Source: Novakomyces olei
Lineage: Eukaryota
Length of the DNA stretch: 64,000 bases
Direction of reading: 5' to 3'
Assembly (NCBI GenBank): GCA_016906335.1
Contig: JADEYG010000003.1
Coordinates: forward strand, 1,364,001 to 1,428,000
The position numbers were made by a program, and so were the translations under genes. Below are positions 57,656 to 64,000 of the stretch, one piece after another (within the stretch, counting starts at the first letter, position 1; each line of letters starts with the position of its first letter). A model generated the notes under the pieces. The model ran no database searches. It saw only the letters and a program-made list of their open reading frames with translations, and was not told where the DNA came from.

Positions 57656-58555
57656 TGTCAGACTCAGTACCACTTCGCGGGACGGTTATACTGTTATGGG
57701 TCACAGTTCTGTGCTGAGTAAGTCTGGATAGGTTTGGCCAGTAACACGATGGCCGTGGCAGGGAGTCAGAGTAGGAGAAATCAAATGGACTTAAACGCAA
57801 CTAAACTCGTAACTGTAAAACTTCAGTAACTTCAAACTTCAAACTTCAATAACCGTCAAGTCTCAATAGGCGGCGTTGAAGGGCCTATTTATAGACTTGA
57901 CTACTAACTAAACTAACAAGTACTATAGAACACTATAGAACTTTCTACGAACCGTGAGCTCAAGTAAACGGAAATACCGCAACTGAACTCTATTAGCGTT
58001 GGAAAACGCTAATTGATGTCGTGCCTATGACATCCATGCACAATGTGCACGGACCTCGCTTCCCGTTTTAATTCTCGCACGCTAGCGAGTGCGACCCTTC
58101 GCACTCCGCTAGCGCGAGAACATTCATAGTTATTTCCATAGTGTCAGGGGTTGCTTAGAAAGGTGCTAGGAGCACCTGAGTAAGCAACTTCGTAGTTTAG
58201 TTTAGTTAGTTTATTTAGTTGTATTGTAGGAAGTTGCTTAGAGTAGCGCTTGGAGCGCAGACTCTAGCACTTCTACAATAAGTTAGTTACTTTAGTAGTT
58301 TCGTAGAGTGGGATCTTCGGCAAGTAACGAGCCGAGCCCAAGTATAAGAAGAGGAGTTCTTCTACTGGGTTCGGGGCGTTACAACAACCAAGGTTCCGCT
58401 TAATATAAGTGTCTTGAGATTAGTTCTTCTATCTGCCTATCCTTTTGCTATTCCCTGTCAAGGCCAACGTGTGATCTTGGCCGACTTAAGATTACTTTGT
58501 ATTGAGTCACCCCCTAACAGTTTGTAACGCCCGCGACTGACACCGGGTAGCAAAG

Positions 58556-61500
58556 ATGGCTGAGTTGAAGATAGAAGAGATGGAGCGTTTTGCCAATGAG
58601 ATGATGGCAAGAGTTCAGAATTTGGAAAGCGAGAATGCTCGCCTGAGAGAGTTTATGACGAGCAAGGCTGAGGAGGCCGAGGCGAAGAAAGGCCCGAGCC
58701 TGGCGAGAGAGCCGAAGATGGCGGCTCCACCCTTGTTTTACGGGGAGCGCGCGAAAACGTCGGAGTTTTTAACCCACGTTCGAATGTATATTGACGGTCA
58801 GTATACGAGATTTATAGCAGAACGACAGAAGGTCATGTTTGCCGGGTCGTATCTGCGTGGTGCCGCGTTTCGTTGGTTTAAACCACAGATCAAGACGGAC
58901 AACAAGAACATCTTGGACAACTTTGATGAGTTTTGCTCGCAATTGGAAAGAATGTTTCGCGACAGAGATATCAAACGGACAGTTCAACGTCAGATACGAC
59001 AGCTTAGCCAGCATGGATCGGTATCGCAGTACGCTGCTGAGTTTAATCGCTTGCGCGCATGGCTTAACTGGAATGAGGAGCCTTTGATATCGCAATTCTA
59101 CGAAGGTCTAAGCGATCCAATCAAAGATGAGCTCGCGAGAACTGATATTCCCGAAGATTTGGAACAGTTTATTGATGAATGTGTCAGAATTGACAACAGA
59201 TTGGTTGAAAGAAGAAAAGCCAAAGGACGATTGTTTATGAGAAACAATTATGTGAGAAAGCCTGACGGTGGGCCGACGCCCATGGAGGTTGATGCAGTCG
59301 ATGCCAATGTTGCTCAGAGACGTGCCCGGGGCACAAAATCAAGCAACTCGACTGGACGAGAAATTAAGTGTTTTCGATGTGACAAGATTGGACACATAGC
59401 ACGAGACTGTCGCAGTAGCTTTGCGACAAGAGATTTGAACGGTACACGAACGTTCGGAAAGAGAAGAGACAATGCGAAAGAGATGGCTTCCTTGTCTGAA
59501 GAAGAGTATGTTACGAAACCCATTGTTAAGATGTCCGAGAGAGACAGAGACACAGAGAGAGTGCCCGAGAGAGGCGAAGACAACGAGAAAGACAGTGATT
59601 ATGAGAGAATGCCCGAGAGAGGCGAAGACGATGAGAGAAACGATGAGTACGAAGAAGAGCCCGATGAGAGCGGCGAAACCTATGACGAGTCTAGTGAGAG
59701 ACCAGACCAGATCGAGAGAAGATCGGAGAGAATACACGCGAACGTGATTTTGCGTGGGAGACAGTTTACGGCATTGGTCGATTCCGGAGCTAGTTCTAGC
59801 TTTATGCACCCGGATACTGTTGTCGATTTCAAAGTGCGTACAGAGAGAACAAAGAGACCGATTTTGATACGAGTAGCTGACGGAAGAAACATAAGGTCAG
59901 GCCCAGCCTCGCAGCAGACGGAGACATTACAGTTCGAAGTAGAAGGAAGAGCTACAAGTGCGAGATTTTTGGTGTCAAATATTGGAAGACACAAAGTGAT
60001 ATTGGGAATGGATTGGCTATCCACATACAACCCTACAGTGAATTGGAGAATTGGCACTATTGCTTGGGACCGCGCTCAAAGCACCAATGCAAGCAAAAGC
60101 CGAAGCGAAACATTATATCTTATTGAGGCACGCCAAGTGTCAGAGGAGAGTCAGGATCCGACGAGCTGCAACATACCAGCAGCATACAATGACTTCAATG
60201 ATGTGTTTGATGACAAACAGAGTGAGAATTTGCCAAAACATCGAAGCTATGATCATGATATCACGTTGGAGAAAGATGCCAAGATTCCTTTTGGACCTGT
60301 TTACGGAACAACGCCAAAGGAACAGGAATATCTATTCAACTACATACAAGAGAATTTGGCGAAAGGCTTTATTAAAAGATCAAAGTCACCTGCCGCTTCA
60401 CCCATCCTATTTGTCATGAAGAAGTCAGGAGACATGCGCCTGTGTGTGGACTACAGAGCCCTCAACAAGGTAACTGTGAAAAATCGTTATCCACTACCCC
60501 GAATTGACGGACTGTTGGATAAGCTGGCACACGCGAAGGTGTTCACTAAGCTTGATTTACGAGGAGCTTACAATTTGATTCGCATAAAGAGAGGTGATGA
60601 ATGGAAGACAGCGTTCAGAACACGCTATGGACTGTTTGAATACAGAGTGATGCCGTTTGGATTGACGAACGCGCCTGCAACGTTTCAGAATTTTATGAAC
60701 GATATATTTAGAGACTTACTGGATGTCAAAGTACTAGTCTATTTGGATGACATACTGGTTTACAGCACAAGTATGAAGAGACATCACGAGGATGTTAAGG
60801 AAGTGCTACAGAGACTACGCGAAAATGAGCTATACGCAAAGTTGGAGAAATGTGAGTTTCATCGTGAAAGTGTCGAGTTTTTGGGTTATATCATATCTGC
60901 TAAAGGATTGTCAATGGCAGATGACAAGACGAAACCAATACAAGATTGGCCAACACCAGCCTGCGTCAAGGATGTACAGGTTTTATTGGGTTTCTGTAAC
61001 TATTACCGACGCTTTATACCTCGATTTTCAGAGACAGTGCTGCCAATAACAAGATTGTTGCGAAAGGATACAAAGTTTGCTTGGACTGACGCTCAGAGCA
61101 CAGCTTTAAGCAACTTGAAGAAGGCCTTCCTGAACGATGTAATACTAGCTCACATTGACAACTCAAAGCAATGCTTTTTGGAGACCGATGCATCTGATTA
61201 TGCATTGGGAGCTGCTTTATTACAAGAGGACAACGAGGGACAGAAGCGTCCAGTTGCTTTTATAAGTCGGAAGTTGTCACCGGCAGAGATAAATTATGAC
61301 ATACATGACAAGGAGTTGCTAGCCATTGTATGGGCATTTAAGACATGGAGACCGTACGTGCAAGGTTCACCGCACACGATATTGGTTTATACAGATCATC
61401 AAAATCTGCAACGCTTTACTACTACAAAACAACTTACGAGAAGACAAGCCCGTTGGCACGAGGTTTTGTCGGAGTTAGACTTCAAGATTGTCTATCGAAA

Positions 61501-62938
61501 GGGCAACGAGAACGCGGCTGCTGACGCACTCAGCCGACGCCCTGATCTACAGAATGTTACAGATGAAGAGTTTATGGAGGTTCAGCGACGAGCGTTGCTC
61601 AAGCCTGAGCAATTTATTACCGTCGATACTATCGAAAACGACACTGGAGAGCTGCATTTTGCTGCTCCAGAAGACAGACAAAGTGTTATCGAAAAACACC
61701 ATGACCATCCGTTGTCAGGACATTTTGGTGTGACTAAAACTACGGAACTTGTCCAGAGAAATTATAACTGGCCAGGAATACATAAGGATGTGAAAGATTA
61801 CGTCAATGGTTGTACTGTGTGCAAGAGAAACAAAGTCCCGCGTCAGCTTAAGAAGGGATTCCTTACACCTTTACCTATACCTAAACGTCCTTGGTCCTCG
61901 ATCTCGGTTGATTTTATTGTCAAGCTACCGGTTTCTAAGGGATTCGACTCAATCTTTGTGGTAGTCGATCGATTTTCTAAAATGACGCATTTCATACCAG
62001 TGAAGAAAACAATATCGACGTCAGAACTAGCCGATTTGTTTATAAGAGAAGTCGTACGTTTACATGGTATACCGGACGATATCGTGTCTGACAGAGACCC
62101 ACGATTTGTTAGCAAGTTTTGGACTTGCTTGGCACAGCAGTTGGGCATTGAGCTGAAGAAGTCTACCAGCCATCACCCCCAGACTGACGGCCAAACCGAA
62201 AGAATGAACCAGACAGTTGAACAATACATTCGATGTTATTCGAATTATCAGCAAGACAATTGGAGTCAGATTTTACCTTTTGCTGAATTCGCAATGAATA
62301 ACGCTGCTAGCGCAAGTACGCAACAAAGCGCATTTTTTACGTGTTATGGTTTTCACCCGCGAAGTACTATTACGAGACAAACTACGGCAAACGAGGCCGC
62401 AAACGAGAGAATTAAGGATTGGGAATTACATTTTAATTCGACGCGCGAAATCCTGGAACAGGCAGTTGCCAGGATGAAGACTTACTACGATCGAAAACGT
62501 TTATTGGCACCTAAGTATAGGCCAGGAGATTTAGTGTGGGTAAGACGCCAACACATTGCGTCAGATCGCCCCAGCAACAAATTGGATCACACTCAGTTGG
62601 GACCATTTAAGGTCATTGAAAAGATTGGGACAGCTGCTTATCGCCTAGAGCTGCCAGAACATATAAAGATTCACGACGTATTTAACGAAAGCTTATTGTC
62701 AAGTTTTGTTACGGATCGCTTTAATCGCGATACTACATCTACGATTGTCCCAGATATCCTGAAGGACACGGAGGAATTTGAAGTAGACTACATTGTGTCA
62801 CATACGGGTCGTGGCAAGCAGAGGAAGTATCTAGTCCATTGGAAGAACTACGGTACAGAGGATCGTACCTGGGAGCCTTATGGGAATTTGGTGAATGCTC
62901 CCGAAGCATTACGTGCGTATCACCAACAGAACGCCTAG
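58556..62938 (+). CDS. GyE single-ORF Gag-Pol polyprotein with chromodomain
   Basis: 1460 aa: gag, CFRCDKIGHIARDC, LVDSGA, YLDD, TDASD, HHCC, integrase core, FEVDYI...YLVHWKNY...TWEP. Confidence 0.95.
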   Translation: MAELKIEEMERFANEMMARVQNLESENARLREFMTSKAEEAEAKKGPSLAREPKMAAPPLFYGERAKTSEFLTHVRMYIDGQYTRFIAERQKVMFAGSYLRGAAFRWFKPQIKTDNKNILDNFDEFCSQLERMFRDRDIKRTVQRQIRQLSQHGSVSQYAAEFNRLRAWLNWNEEPLISQFYEGLSDPIKDELARTDIPEDLEQFIDECVRIDNRLVERRKAKGRLFMRNNYVRKPDGGPTPMEVDAVDANVAQRRARGTKSSNSTGREIKCFRCDKIGHIARDCRSSFATRDLNGTRTFGKRRDNAKEMASLSEEEYVTKPIVKMSERDRDTERVPERGEDNEKDSDYERMPERGEDDERNDEYEEEPDESGETYDESSERPDQIERRSERIHANVILRGRQFTALVDSGASSSFMHPDTVVDFKVRTERTKRPILIRVADGRNIRSGPASQQTETLQFEVEGRATSARFLVSNIGRHKVILGMDWLSTYNPTVNWRIGTIAWDRAQSTNASKSRSETLYLIEARQVSEESQDPTSCNIPAAYNDFNDVFDDKQSENLPKHRSYDHDITLEKDAKIPFGPVYGTTPKEQEYLFNYIQENLAKGFIKRSKSPAASPILFVMKKSGDMRLCVDYRALNKVTVKNRYPLPRIDGLLDKLAHAKVFTKLDLRGAYNLIRIKRGDEWKTAFRTRYGLFEYRVMPFGLTNAPATFQNFMNDIFRDLLDVKVLVYLDDILVYSTSMKRHHEDVKEVLQRLRENELYAKLEKCEFHRESVEFLGYIISAKGLSMADDKTKPIQDWPTPACVKDVQVLLGFCNYYRRFIPRFSETVLPITRLLRKDTKFAWTDAQSTALSNLKKAFLNDVILAHIDNSKQCFLETDASDYALGAALLQEDNEGQKRPVAFISRKLSPAEINYDIHDKELLAIVWAFKTWRPYVQGSPHTILVYTDHQNLQRFTTTKQLTRRQARWHEVLSELDFKIVYRKGNENAAADALSRRPDLQNVTDEEFMEVQRRALLKPEQFITVDTIENDTGELHFAAPEDRQSVIEKHHDHPLSGHFGVTKTTELVQRNYNWPGIHKDVKDYVNGCTVCKRNKVPRQLKKGFLTPLPIPKRPWSSISVDFIVKLPVSKGFDSIFVVVDRFSKMTHFIPVKKTISTSELADLFIREVVRLHGIPDDIVSDRDPRFVSKFWTCLAQQLGIELKKSTSHHPQTDGQTERMNQTVEQYIRCYSNYQQDNWSQILPFAEFAMNNAASASTQQSAFFTCYGFHPRSTITRQTTANEAANERIKDWELHFNSTREILEQAVARMKTYYDRKRLLAPKYRPGDLVWVRRQHIASDRPSNKLDHTQLGPFKVIEKIGTAAYRLELPEHIKIHDVFNESLLSSFVTDRFNRDTTSTIVPDILKDTEEFEVDYIVSHTGRGKQRKYLVHWKNYGTEDRTWEPYGNLVNAPEALRAYHQQNA
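59555..59650 (+). repeat. 48-bp coding duplication in the acidic gag-PR linker
   Basis: ERVPERGEDNEKDSDY / ERMPERGEDDERNDEY. Confidence 0.8.
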
Positions 62939-63466
62939 GATCTAACAAATTAATTTATTTGTTTTGGTACCTACAAAAAGATTAAATATTAAAAAGAAAA
63001 AAAAAAACCTGATTTTGAAGCCCATTCAACTGTGGCTCGCTATTTATTTGCGTCTTCAACACGCAATTGTTATTGTTTTCGTGCTTACTGTCATCATCGG
63101 TCAGTGGCACGTCATTATTTCGATCTTTATTACTGCTCTCGGCGAGGGGGAACAAGCCTAAGGCAGATATTATCAGTTTAAATGAAGGATTCATTAATTA
63201 TGATAAAGTTCTATCAAGATTTGTTGGTTTTGGATATTTTGTGTTAGTACGTACTATTGGGATCAAGCTATACCAATGGTATGGGAGAAGTGAACTATTG
63301 CTACAAAGTGTGCTCGAAGCGCATATTTAAGCAACTTAGAAAAAGTTGCCTACAGAATTACTTAAATTGGAGTTAAGTAATAATAGTTATATACTATTTA
63401 ATTGAGTTAAGGGAAGAAAAAGTTTGCACAAAGGTTGGCTACGAGCAACCTGCGAAGCAACCCAAG

Positions 63467-64000
63467 ATGAGCGAGAATGAAGCTGTTGGGAATAAGCGCA
63501 AGCCCCGCAACTCGGGTGCTAACGAATGCGCTATATGTGGACTAAGGATATCGCGTATTCAAGACGTGCGAAGGCATGTGGCAACGTGCCACAAAGAAGG
63601 GACGGTTTTGCCGATTCAAGAATTTCGAGAGAACGCGAAGAAGTCGGATAACTTCACGGCTGGGGAGTCAACTTTAAGGGCCCTCCAACGTTTCCAGTCA
63701 GGAGCCAGGGCTCCGCTGACGGCCCCTTACCTAGGGATCACTATCGAACACATTATCTGCGACTTGTGGAAGAATGAAGGGTGCAACTTGATCAGCCCTA
63801 TTACGGGTTGCGAGGACGAGGATTACAAAGTGAGCAGGTTTTTCGCAGATTGGGCGGACCGACACGCAAATCCACTGGCGGCTTATAACATTGCGCCGAC
63901 AGAGGAAGGAACTTTGCTGCTGCTAGAGCCATTGCCAGAGCACAAAGGAAACAGTACGAATTGGTCGTCGACCATGACACCTGCCGGGACATTTACAAAC
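63467..64000 (+). CDS. GyE ORF3 (partial): C2H2 finger plus start of JmjC-like domain; absent from the ORF track
   Basis: My translation of 178 open codons to the edge: MSENEAVGNKRKPRNSGANECAICGLRISRIQDVRRHVATCH...LAAYNIAP...WSSTMTPAGTFTN. Aligns with AAYNL...WNGTATPSGTITD of GyA and WLGTVTPAGTITD of GyC. Confidence 0.78.
   Translation, partial: MSENEAVGNKRKPRNSGANECAICGLRISRIQDVRRHVATCHKEGTVLPIQEFRENAKKSDNFTAGESTLRALQRFQSGARAPLTAPYLGITIEHIICDLWKNEGCNLISPITGCEDEDYKVSRFFADWADRHANPLAAYNIAPTEEGTLLLLEPLPEHKGNSTNWSSTMTPAGTFTN

Larger units (their letters stand above)
45122..58032 (-). mobile_element. Gypsy chromovirus GyC with nested GyA2 and a solo LTR
   Basis: 341-bp LTRs 57692-58032 and 45122-45462 (two mismatches seen); TSD TCCAT at 45117-45121 and 58033-58037. 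Confidence 0.95.
58142..64000 (+). mobile_element. Gypsy chromovirus GyE, runs off the right edge
   Basis: 5' LTR 58142-58519 (TGTCAGGGG...CCCCTAACA), PBS-like sequence, gag-pol and ORF3; the 3' LTR is outside the window. Confidence 0.92.

Overview
Eukaryotic, most likely fungal, nest of LTR retrotransposons with no recognisable host gene. About 61 of the 64 kb resolve into nested, mostly young elements, nearly all of whose boundaries are fixed by 5-bp target-site duplications (TSDs). There are two Ty1/Copia families (Copia-1, Copia-2) and five Ty3/Gypsy families (here called GyA-GyE; four show a chromodomain, GyD's integrase is missing), plus solo LTRs and a ~2.5 kb AT-rich decayed island (16056-18578). 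Main finding: three diverged chromovirus families (GyA x2, GyC, GyE) carry an extra sense ORF after pol. It encodes a basic NLS-like patch, a C2H2 zinc finger and a JmjC-type Fe(II)/2-oxoglutarate dioxygenase domain, with the T-D-x-H-x-D...K...H motif intact in GyA and GyC; the GyE copy is cut by the window edge just before it. This is a candidate retrotransposon-encoded histone demethylase/anti-silencing factor paired with a chromodomain integrase. GyB instead carries an antisense GAL4-type Zn(II)2Cys6 ORF in the same slot. Other observations: Tf1-like self-priming signatures in all five Gypsy families; non-canonical TA...CA LTR termini and a tRNA-Lys(CUU) anticodon-arm PBS in both Copia families; -1 frameshift signals; a TSD-traceable inversion between Copia-1 copies; and a 5'/3' LTR mismatch shared by two independent GyA insertions. 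All domain calls come from motif recognition by eye; no database searches were run.
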